From Phoronis australis (Eukaryota; Animalia; Phoronida), in assembly GCA_002633005.1 (NCBI GenBank), contig NMRA01000114.1:274835-338834 (forward strand): a DNA stretch of 64,000 nucleotides. Direction: 5' to 3'. Positions 44,401 through 56,600 of the stretch are shown here, in pieces. Made by a program: the position numbers and the translations under genes. The notes under the pieces are model-generated. The model ran no database searches. It was given only the letters and a program-made list of their open reading frames with translations, and was not told the origin of the DNA. Numbering within the stretch: position 1 is the stretch's first letter; the number at the start of each line of letters is the position of its first letter.

Positions 44401-44590
44401 AATGTAGACACTCCAGACACAGCGATAACTTGTTCTTGAAGGAAGTCTGTTCTGGCGAAGTCTCTCCCGCTATTTACAATGCATACCTACACGGCTAGAG
44501 TGCGTGAATAATTGAACAGCAAGTCTCGCCAAATCACCTGTTTTTACGTGATTTTTTTGGTTAATGAATTGCCTCTTATGCAAGTGAGCA

Positions 44591-44751
44591 TACACCTTAT
44601 TCACGCAGTCGCCATTTTAAAAATGAGCTTCTTTTTAGGTTTGAAAAACAATGCATTTGAGACATGAATATAACGAGGCATGCGAAAAAATACGCTTTAC
44701 GCTGCTATTAAGCGCTGAATGCTAAACTGGTGACTGCGTGAATAAGGTCTA
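44591..44751. mobile_element. Short MITE
   Basis: accttattcacgcagtcgcca / tggtgactgcgtgaataaggt inverted ends with TA flanks. Confidence 0.75.
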
Positions 44752-47700
44752 CACACAGTGTTCTCGTATGATCTCTCTCGCTAGAACAGAAAATCACCAA
44801 GGCAACGCACGTGGCGTGCTCACAAACTAAGGCTACCCGCTCCGGTGATCAAATCGGGACAAGAGGACTTACCCACAGTTTGTATTGTTCCATATAATAA
44901 TAAACAAACACCAGTGTTGTCTTACGTAGCAAATGTGGGCTTCAATTCATATAAAATCACTAAACGGTAACGCTATTCGTGGTTATGCCATGCAAGAGTC
45001 ACGGAAGTAGTTCGAGCCGTCAAGTCGCTGACGCTTTAACATTGCCCATAAAAGCACTAACGCACGTGGCATCGCTTCAGGTGCACACCCGCTGCTGCAA
45101 GTAACATCAACTGGTCGACCAAAACGAGTGAATTATACAAGAGAAATGAGATTTTAAATGCATTCATTCAAACATAAAAATAAATTCTTTTACATCCAAC
45201 AACTTATTAGCATATCGTGAACACATCCACTACCACAAGAAACTGTAGGAATACCGCATTTATCCACCTTCACTCTTATCAGACTTCTATTGTGAGTCAG
45301 CATGCGTGAATAATTGGCTGACAAGCCACCTATGGAACTACTTTTGGCTAAATGGATGACCAGGCCATATAATGATAATTAGCCAAGACCAGTTAAATAC
45401 TGCAACAAAGAATAATGTCATAGCATCACCTAGCCTTGGTGGAAAGCTGTATACTGCATTGGCTCTAATAAAAGCTTTAAAAAAATCATTTCACGTTGAG
45501 GGGACGCTTATTGTAGCCTAAGACAGTTGAAACCCGGTAGCTAGGATTCATCAAATTTACGCTCTGTGACGTATGTGTAGCCTATGACAGTCTTTCTACA
45601 AAATTGTGGTGCATTGCTATCAAACTCCGTTGTTAAATTACGATCATTTTTCAAAAAATTGTGCTGAAATCCCAGGGCGAAAATTTGCCGACTGATCGTC
45701 GATAGGAAAACTTGAATTCTTGAATAAAAATAGCTTCGACTCAACAAATTACCTGAAATCTTCCTTATGTTTTACAATTTTTAAAGTTCATGTGAAGTAC
45801 AGATTAATGGCGATTAAGTCCAAATCTGCGCCACATCGTACCCCACAACACGAGAAAAATCTCTGGATGAACACACATGTTGTTGTCACGTGACGTTTGT
45901 TTTGAAGTTCGTCTGCGTATGAGAGTGAGTGAGCGAGCGCGTGCGGGTTATCGACGACAGACTTTTTTGTTACTAAAGGCGGAGGATTATGCAAGAAAAT
46001 GGCGTTTATTAGATTGTTTTTCACTTAAACGGCTGCAACGTGCAAGGTGAGTGCCGGTTAACTCACAGATTTTGTATGCACAGGCCGACGGTCGCTAGCT
46101 CTACCGTGGAGTAAAACATTAATAGTCCTATAGGCTCGATTTACATGTTGGGAACGAGGTGACGAGGTGAACTACCCGGGCTGTGTGAAATTTCTGGGTC
46201 TAACGGAGACACTGACGCAGTGGTCAGCCAGCTCGCAGTATCAAAACTATCGTCAAAATCCAAATTCGTTTCATCGTGTCCCTGTCAATAATAACGGCAT
46301 GCTAAAGTTTCTTAATTTTCGTACTTCGGGAACATAACAATCACGTGTTTTGTATACATACGCGCACGCCGCGCAGATCACATCTCGGAAATTTCCGATT
46401 TGACGGATAACAATGAATGAGCACAATGAAATTAAACAACGTCGTTTTACAGCTTGTAAGAGTTATAATAAAGTATTTTGAATATTGCAATGCACGTGTT
46501 CCAAAATCTAAATAACTTGGGTCCTATATTTTTTTATTCGTGCGCGCCGAATGAAAGTAATCGTGAGTGTTGCTGTGTTGCTAAATCTCTAATTCTGGAC
46601 CGACTTGAAAAATTCAGAGTTGTAGCAACATTTTTTTCTCTCCTCTTCAAATATTACACTCAAAACTATGTAAAACGCTCTCCGTGAAAAGTACGGTCAT
46701 CTAGGCTAGATTGTAATCAGCTGATCGTATCCGCATGAGCGAAGCCAATTATCCTCGCTCGTGACTCGATGAATAGAGCAGCTAGGCGGGATCCCTTTAA
46801 ACGTGAGCTGAGCCCGACACAGCCAAGGTGGATAAATACCCTCTAGTTCAATCGGCCAAACCCCAGTTTCCCTGATCAGTGGGGTTTGACAAGATCTCGT
46901 TTAGTGGGAGTGTTTATAGCATGGTATGGGGCATGATGTCTTCGACAAAATAAAAAGTCAAAACTGGCTTTCCACAGAAGTTGATTGTTTCCTCAGTCCA
47001 CATTAGCATTCCTAATTTCGCAAATAAATTTGTCTCTTCAAATAGCAGGAGTGAATCACAATTTGAACGGTATCGAAGGCCGCGCTCACGTGACTACTTC
47101 GTGTCGGAGATGGCAACAACAATTCTGGGTAATAGACAAACAATCGCAACACCAACCATCGACAAACATTTAAATAGAGATGGGAAATCTCCATATTAAA
47201 CACCCCGATTTCGTCAGCCGAACCATTAGTTATATTGAACAATTCCTTCATTAGTGACAATGGATTCCGAATCTCGTCTCTGAGGTTGAACCTCGCTGAC
47301 GACAGGTGTCGCTGGCACGGTATCTCCCGTGGATATTGAGTCNACGTCTCCAGAGTAAACTTCTGTCTTTGTCAAGACTTCAGCATGTTTTCACGAGAAA
47401 ACCAATGTTTACAAAAAACACAACACGTATTTCTATCCCATGTACACAATAAAAATTCACAAATTTTCAAGGAAAGGTACTTGGTGATAACTTCATCTCC
47501 CAGGTAGCTGTAGGATTTCCATGACGTACAACCCCAAAAACTTAACTACAAATCAACCATTTCGTAGAACCACAATGACGGAAACAACAAGTTAACAAAA
47601 GCATTCATTGTATTTCGTGCTTTGAAAATATCGCTAAGTCTATAAACTTAGACTAAAACCAATGCGATTCCGAGACTTTCTGAAGGTAAACCCCAAGGCG

Positions 47701-50656
47701 TATATTGGCAAAATGGCACAATTTTTACCTTTCTAGTATTCTAAATTTAAGCTTGGCTCAAATGACAAAAAATCGCCAGCGACATCGAATAACTAAGACA
47801 TTTAATGGTGCAAACGGTACCTTAGATATTTTTTTTCAGTGTGGCTACAAGGACAAGAATGTGAACCTATCTTGTGATTTATTATCGTTTAAAGCAAGGA
47901 GAGAAGATATGGCGAAGGGCAAGTACTGGGACAGAGTCGCTAAGACGTTTCATATTAGGACAGTAAACATTTTTTAGAATTTTGGTATGCCAGCTTGTAA
48001 CCCCTTTTCCACCAGATATGACAAGCTTGGCCTATCTAATTGTGTCTGACGACTGGGCCTGTCTCCGCGAAGCGTACATAATAACTAACTACAGTACAGT
48101 GCCGGTCACAAACGAACAGATGCTCGTCTGTTCATAGTTTCGAGGATAGAGGTCAAAATGATGTAGAAACGGTCACTATCGTGCAGTCAATAAACACTTT
48201 GCCACATATGTACAAAACCGGTTTAATCACAGTAAAACTAAGACACCATTGTCAAAATGCTCCTACCTGAGGTCAAGAATCTTCAAGAATGTTCGTGAAT
48301 TGACGGAAAATTTTCAGACAAACACAGTCATATCAGCAAACACGCCTTCCCATCAAATCAGAATTCATGATCTACAGCTAGTCTTGAAACAAAAGAACAC
48401 TTTCCCTGTTTTAATCAGCATAGCTTCTCAAAAACAATACTCGCATTCATTTCCCATGATTAGGTAGACAGTTAAAGGGCATGCGTGTAACCATAGTAAC
48501 CCACCCCCTAAGGAAATTAACACAGCTTTGTACAGTTCACTCGAGTAACAAATAAGGAGACGCAGTGATTACATTAGGATCGCTAGCCTACTCGCCACAA
48601 TAACACGAAAACATGTTGTAAATGCAATGCGGATTGTAGAAAACATCAAGTTAAGATTCGTCGAAGGACAATTTATCATAGCGAGGTTGTTGACTCGATT
48701 GGCAATCGTGAACAATCAAAACGGCATGCCCGTAGCCAGATATTTGCAACGGGTAGGCGCAAAATTGTGGTTAGGGAATTTTTTTTTTACTTTTCTCTTT
48801 CTCCATACCTCTCCTCCAGACCAACTTTCCACTCCCAAGGTGATCAGTGAGCTGTTCACGTCACGTATTCTTGCAGGCTCACCTCGACTTGACCTAGTGA
48901 TGGACGGTTCCTCCTTCAGCTGCCAGCCTTGAGGCACCACATTCGGTATTTTCGTAGCCTGAAGGATAATTTGCGTCTACGAAAATACCCGAGGTGTTTC
49001 AGGTGACCTTACGGAGTGCGTTCAGACCTGTTGTAACCCCCATTACCCACGGTCATTTACGTGCGCACGCTATTAACACATTTTAATCGCATAACTAGCT
49101 ACAGTAAGAGCGAACACTTAACTTATGTCACGAGTTATAGTTCTCAGTAAAGTCTAAATACACCAATAATGCCACTGGTTTCAAGTAATCGACATGCGCA
49201 TTGCCGGCAGGGGTCTTTTCCTTAAACTTCAGGTCTTAAATGATTTATCTCCCCATGGAAAAAAGCGGTTCACCGCAAATCTACTGGCTCCAGGACACCG
49301 GGCCAGCGCATATTTCGAACACTGGTGACGTATACAGCGAGAGGGGCACTGAGGGGGAGGCAGTTGTCCCCGACAGCCAACTTAAGCAAGCCACCATCAA
49401 AACATCCAAAATTACAAGAAAATGTGAGCACACCAAGGGATCTTCTTAGACCGTGAGTTTGCACCATTAGCGTATCAAACTAACAAGGCAAAAGTACATT
49501 GCACCAATGCGCCCCCACACACATCTTTTAAAACGCAATACTCTTCCAAAAATGTGAGATTCTTGTCAACTTACAGCCAATGTGATCTCATTCCGCTTCA
49601 GCTGAACTGTATGCTGGAAGTCTTTGTCAGGTTGCCTTTTTGTATGTATTTTTTAAATAAAAATGCAACTTTCACATGAACAAGACTGTTCTTCTTTCGA
49701 TTGCCCTTGGGGGTTTCTGTTTCATATGTTACCGATTTAATTATACCAAGTCTGCTGGGCACAACTTTTTGAAAAAGGCACACTTTTGTCATCAGGTGCG
49801 CCCAAAGGACACAGGTTCAAACCTGGTCAGGAGTATCTCGCCCCGGTCGGCACCCAGCATCAATCGTCCCACAGTCACAATGAACCAGTCTAACGCCTCC
49901 TCCCCTCCCACTCCCACTCCGCCCTCTCAGTTTTTCAGAACAGTTTTCGATGCTATACCTCAGGCTTAACCGCAGATCAGCCATTGCTTCTTTTTGGTTG
50001 CTTTAAGTTAGTAGAGATGCGGCCTTTTGCCGCCCAATTTCGATGAGAGGCTCCCACCCTAGACCACCGCTTCCTACGCCAAGGTGATCGAGCATAGATG
50101 TGTCCGAATAGTCCTATTATTTGAAACGGCCGGACCGGTCAAGTTATTAGAGATTCTGTTTGAAACTTGTCATCTTTTTAAGAAGCGCCCGACAACAAAT
50201 TTTACCGGATTAAAAGACAAACGAAATCATTGCCTGTGCCGCTTGAAGTTCGTAAAAGGACAGTTTTGCGTGTTTCTACACGACGCCTGTGCGAGTATTG
50301 AAGCAGCGTTTGTTTTGGTAAAACCGTTACAGGATCTTGTGAAAACCTCAGAGTAATGACGTCTGTTGCTGTAGGTAGTCAAATTGAATTATTACATGAT
50401 GAGACTTATCGAAAGTATTAATAACGAAAAATTACTATTTCATTAATTTCTTACTATTCTTAATTACAGAAATGCGCGTGGTAAATTCACTGACAGATGC
50501 TTCATGGAATCGTACGACTAGATACTCAGTTGACGACGTTTGTTTCTATGACAATTTGAAACTGATACTTAACAAGTGCTAATGGTGATTTAGGATCGCT
50601 AGACAAACCTTGTTATTCTGACAATTCAAAAAATATTCCGTCAAGACATATCAGTA

Positions 50657-50871
50657 GGCTGTTCGGGTGAAAGAGTCGCGCGTAATTACGCTCGTAATCA
50701 CTACCAAGATTTCGCTCGTGTTTTACTACCGAAATCATTCGCCACCATAATTACGCTCGTGATCACGACAGTAAGTGTTTAAACGACCGAAATCCTTCGC
50801 GCGTGATTACCACCGAAACTTCGCTCGTGTTTCACGACCGCAATTACACGCGACACTTTCACCCGAACGCC
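50657..50871. mobile_element. MITE with internal subrepeats
   Basis: 27-bp TIR, 25/27 match: gttcgggtgaaagagtcgcgcgtaatt / aattacacgcgacactttcacccgaac. Confidence 0.78.
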
Positions 50872-53452
50872 ACCGGGCATCAAATATCCTCGCTCAGCCA
50901 CTGCCTTCAATCCGGTTCAACGACTTGGCAGCGAACACAAGTAAAACTCAACCGCAAAACTGGACTAACGTGCAACTAATGAGTAGGCTAAATCCAGTGT
51001 TTAAACCAAATAAAACATAGAAAGCTTTTACCTACCTAGGCTAACGAACGCACCTTCGTCCTCTCCTCTTTTTTTACTGAAATCCACCAACGTATCACTA
51101 CTTGTAATACACAAGTGAAGCTGTTTAATAAATTAAGAGTCGATGCTGTCTTGCTTTCAGGCTGGTCTTGCCATTAACTAATCACAAACTGATTAGCACA
51201 ATCCATTCCATCGACTCCATCAGCCAGCACGAAAACAAACGCGAGAATGTCCGTGGGCGATAAGGAGAGTATTACAGGCCTGGCAACCACGTGGTGTAAA
51301 CGAGACTTCTGATTGGTTCATGAACACAATCACAGAAGTCAATGCATCTCATTATCGATTGATCTTAAAATCAGAATGCAATGAATAAATAAGAATTAAT
51401 CACAGAATTTACGATATAAATAATCACACGTCGGTCATTGTACACTGGTTTCTCTTTCGTTGAGCTCGATCGATCAATAACTACATACTTTTTCAAGACT
51501 ACACAATAAAAATGGTACATTCTTTGTTTAGTCTACTCAGAGACATTTCAAACAATTTCTTCTGACCTACTGTCAAGGAGTTTTAACTCAAGCCGAATTT
51601 ATGAGACAAAAAGAACTCTAAATAAAGAATCCTATCGAACACTGCGCGAAATAGGCAGAGGTGTAAGGGTTTGATAAAAAACAATGAAATATTGCACCCA
51701 ACCTACATTCCTTTGGGCGTCCACAAAGTCTACTTAGTCGATAACAATTCCAAGTTCACCACCAAGAGGCCAGCATCCCACTTTCCATTGCGGCGTCGAC
51801 AGATACTTCTAACCAAAAGATTCTTAAAAAATCAAATATGCAATTGCCATTCACTGGGGAATTTAAATCAAAAGGCAATATAAATGGTGTGAACCTGAGA
51901 AAATTATATGCATCAAAATGAACTATTGTTATTTCCATTATATTGAATGTGAAACTCGTCTTTTTAATTGGCGTAAACGCGTTACGTCACATACTTTTAA
52001 AACGCGTTACAAATTCAAAATCATAGTGCGACACGGGACTTCCTTTCACTCGGCTGTGGGTTGGTGTTTTGACGACACTCGTTGGTTTAAAGAAAATGAC
52101 AATGCAGTTGAAGTCAGTTATTGTTCAGCGTCGGTGCAATCGTGTGTACGTTACGTCATGGAACGGTCCATCGATGTAATGAAAATTGCTTAACACAATG
52201 GGCCAGCCTTTGCACCCGCTAAGTTGATTGACATTTATAAATATTTACGCTGCTTTTAGCAATTACTCTAGAATGCAACAGTATCTCGTGAATACACGTG
52301 ACTGGGTTAAAGATGCAGTTTCATTAGATTATGAATATGCAAATGAAGTACTGATATACAAACAACTCCGGGTTCTCCAGTGTGCCGGAAACCAACCGAC
52401 AACCAGTTATCATTACAACCTCACGAAAGTATGGTAATATTTCATCATGGCGAACGAAGACCCGATGTCGGCCAAGCAGGACAACAAACTAACAGGCAAA
52501 AGGGTGATTTAAATGGCCACTAGTTGGTGCAGAATACGTCGAATCCATCCCAAAAGAAACTTGTAAAAAATGAAATTCCCCTACGGAGCCAAAGTTGTAG
52601 TTGGATTGGTTTGAAACTCGTTGTCACGTGTTACCGTCTCCATAGGAACACATCTGCTAAATTTCAGAAAGATATTGTAAGGGGTACAGGAAATACAGCT
52701 GTGGACGCAAAAGAAAATAAAATAGCCACCAAAGGGGAGCCAGAGTAGTTGAACACATCCGAAAATTAACGTCAACCTCGGTTTTCTCATCAGGAGCATT
52801 TCTCCAAATTTTAATAATGATCCTTCAGGCGGTTTGGTGCATGGAGAAGGTGATGTCAAAAACGTGCTAAAAATTTTCAACATTTCCTATAAGCGCTGGT
52901 TATAGTTCTAACTATACGCCCGGGTTTGACTTACGGCAAAAGAATACAATCAGCCTCCGGCTCAGAAATATCCGCGGTGGTATAGCGCGCACCAGAATTA
53001 ACGTAATCATGTAGAAATTAGAGACACTTCATTTCCTACATGCGTATTTTCAGTTTTGCGATATTACATGCATGGCCGAATTCAATTAAGGGTTCATTAG
53101 TTTAAGAAATCTCCATTTGTACTAAAATTAGACTTAATTTATCCTTTACAAGTTCTCAGGAACATAACTGAGAGTTCCTATTAGTTACATGAAGCACACT
53201 TTTACCAGTTTCAAAGCCCAGAAAATAGGACACGGAATAATGCGTCATTGCGCTGGTCATCAATCAGGGCTGAGTTCTGCAGAAGTAAGACCATATCGAA
53301 AAAACCTAGAGTGGTCAAGTGCTTTCCTTGTAATGCACGCGAAATTTTGCGAGATCTAGCGTTTTCGCGAGTTTCTTGCGTCCACGAAACGAAGCCCAGG
53401 TCCTCCGTCTTTCGCCTCAGTTACGTAGGCCCTGAACACAGTAACATCGAAG

Positions 53453-53629
53453 TCACTGCAGTTGAGCATACGACGCAGCACAGTTCACGCCCCTACCGCC
53501 ATCTATCGGGACGGAGGCACCAGTAATAAAGGATGATTGGTCGGATGCCAGGAACGCGATGACGTTAGCAACTTCTTCGGATTGACATGGGCGTCCTATG
53601 GGATGAGTAGTTTTGGCCGTTTCATAGTA
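53453..53629 (-). CDS. SDR terminal exon
   Basis: HPIGRP...[20 protein letters not shown]...*. Confidence 0.92.
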   Translation of the reverse strand, partial: YYETAKTTHPIGRPCQSEEVANVIAFLASDQSSFITGASVPIDGGRGVNCAASYAQLQ

Positions 53630-56600
53630 CTGGAAAACGAAACAGAATTCCTTGGTGTTTTCATTCCAACCAAATCTCGTGGGCACCTATCAATCAAAAA
53701 CTCAGTTGTCACTCATATATGGTATTTCTGATTACACTCAATTGTACCAAGAGCAGGGTAAAGAAGGTGGCCTCATGTGCTGAGGCACTTACTGGGATAA
53801 ACGCATAGTTTTACCACTGTTAAGGGAGTGCCACGCTGCCATGCAGGTGAAAACAACCAGCGCCACATTCGAACAGTACACTAGGAAGGCCACGAACCTT
53901 TGCAGCAGCTTCTGCAGACGATATTCTCTGATGAAGTGTAGTCACAACTGTTCCAGGACTGAAATGTTTAAAAAATCTAGCCAAAATTTTATAGTTAATA
54001 CAACCATGCACACAAAAATTGACAAAACAGCATTCAAATCGCATGAGAAGCATACGTGCATTACTATAGTGAGTTACGTACATGTAGACGCAATCCATGA
54101 AATATAAACTAGCTTTAGTCATGGAATTCATAAACATGTATTCTTACCTTACAGCATTACAACGCACTTGTTTGCTGGCCAGATCTATAAACAAAAAGGC
54201 AGGAGTTTAAAAATTGACTTTCGACTTGAGTGTCTATAAGTGGGGCGGTGACGATAAACGGAAAATGGCGTAGATTTCTATCACTTCCCACTCGTAACAA
54301 TGCAGTCAGTTCATTAAGAGTACTGAAATGCATTGCGGCGGCTAGAATTATTCTAGCCCGGAGCCCAATGATAACGGTGCTGCTGCCCTATCGGTCGCCA
54401 CCTATGTCGCACAGTTTGGCTCCCTGACCATTGGACTAGCCCCTACCTCCCTGAGCTTTGTTAGGTTTCTTACACAAGCGCACTCACACCCACTCATGGG
54501 GCATTTCAAGACTTACAGACTTGTAGTTTAATAAACAGAACCATACAAGTCTACCAGCGTCGATTTCTTAAAGCGTTAGGAGCAGGCGCACATTATGGCC
54601 ATTCTGGACGCGACCAAAACAATTTTGGGGGTTACGCGAACATTTTCGTTGAGGAAATTGACTGGCACCCCTTGAGACATCCTAGGTCCGACAGAGTGGA
54701 CTTCGGGTTGAGAAACTCATGCATGGAACGTGTTTAGAGACAGTGACATCCATTTTACGAATGTCAATCTGCCTAAAAATTCATTGGAACACTAATTTCT
54801 AACAATATCTTTTATCGAATGACAATACGAAATTCAGCAGGTGTTGCAAGTGAAACAAGGAAGAAGCATCCCACAAAACTGCAGGTCACTGATTAACTAC
54901 ATTCTGCGCCCAAGCTATCCAGATGCCAAAAAGTGGGACCTTTGTTTATTAGCGCCACCTTGTAAATTTCGAGTAATTCTTTGACTTCGAACCAGGACTT
55001 GGTATTTCGTACGTGACACTTTTCTGCATGCTGAGGTGTAAGATTTTCCTTAAACCCGTAATGCCGAAGAGAATATCTTCGGTGAATCTAGGAGCCACAG
55101 ATGCCATACCGTAAGCACCCGCCAGAGAAGTCTGTAGGGAATTGAAGTATCTCATCGGGGAATTACGGATCTCCCCCCGAAGATTTTTTTAAGTATTTAG
55201 GCGGGTTAACGAGAACATTGGTGGATTCCGGTGGTAGCCTATTGCGGTCTTAGAAAACCTTGTTAGCGACAGCCAAATACTTTGAGGACAATGATATCTG
55301 TCGGTAAAACTCGAATCATCAAAAAATTACGTCTAACAGTCTAATCTATAAACAGCTAGTGTCCCACGGAAACTCCACATTTCAGAAAAAAAAATTTTCA
55401 TATTTCAAAAAGAAATGCTCTTCTTCCGGTGAAAATAGGATATCTTTGCCATGGCTATGACGCTATCGGATACTTCTCACAAGCAGTGGTCTTCAAGTTC
55501 GCCAATTCACACTTACATTTTTTCGATTCATTGCTTTACTATGATTTTTATTCTGAGTCACGTGTCTTGATGCCGTGGCTTATTGGAAACTCTACCTACT
55601 TCCCATGTGAATAGTTTACACAGCTAGTACTAATTCTAAAATAAATTATTTCCCCTGCTTTCGTAAAGTTCAGTGTTTCGGCATTGGATGATAAGGTGTC
55701 CAAGCTCCTTCGTTTTATTTTTTTGAGGGGCAGTTGTCTCCCTGCCCTCCTCCCCTTCCTCCACTTAATAAACCAATGACCACGCAGCTCTCATCGTACC
55801 CGGATGGCTGCCAGCATAATTAAGCCCTGTCGGTTTCCACGGGTCTGCGGTATATATCGGCAACGTTACGAGTCAGCAACGTAATCAGTGGTTTCTACGC
55901 TTAAGAAATCAGAGTAAGGTATTGTTCAAAAAGTAACTGAGGTATAATTATGCTGTGTTCACTCTCGATCCGCGGTTCACTGCTGATGGGAGGGCAACTT
56001 CTTGCGCAAGGAATGACAGAAATAAGTAAACGCTTGGCAATTCAATAATAAAAAAGAAACTTTGGTAAAAATATTTTTAATTCAAGTGTACGATTAAGAA
56101 CGTAGCAGACTGTAGCGTATGCTACAGGCAGTGCTTTTTGAAGTCCGCACTTTTTGGGGTCCCGCGCTCACAACAGATTTAGAGGCACTCGTACCACGAA
56201 CATGTTTCTACTGCTATGGAAGCACTGACTCAGCTGGCTTCAAAGGGTGAAAAAGTTTGAGTTGGGGCTCCTCAATTTTTATTATGTGTAGGGTCAAGAG
56301 TGCCGGGCCCCACTGAGCAACACATGTTCAAAGAATTGTAGTACGTGCTGTGAGTGCAGGGCCCCTGATCAGCGGTGTGCGAACTCCTGAAATCGTCTAA
56401 TTCATTGTATTGTCCAGTCAGTGTACACAATGTCTTTATCATGTAGGAGCGGTCCCAGTTGCTTTCCATCTCAAAAGTGAAAATTACAACTGTTGGCCTT
56501 TTGTTTGAGATGATAGTTGTATGAGCATTTGAGGAAGGGGTCTGCGCTTCGACATACGTGTATGCAATGTGGCCCGCTAATCCGGCACTGTCGTTATGTC

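Noticed and set aside
38000-52000. Grainyhead, KLF10/11 or ODC coding exons expected from synteny
   Set aside because: No zinc-finger, CP2 or decarboxylase motifs found by eye in either strand.
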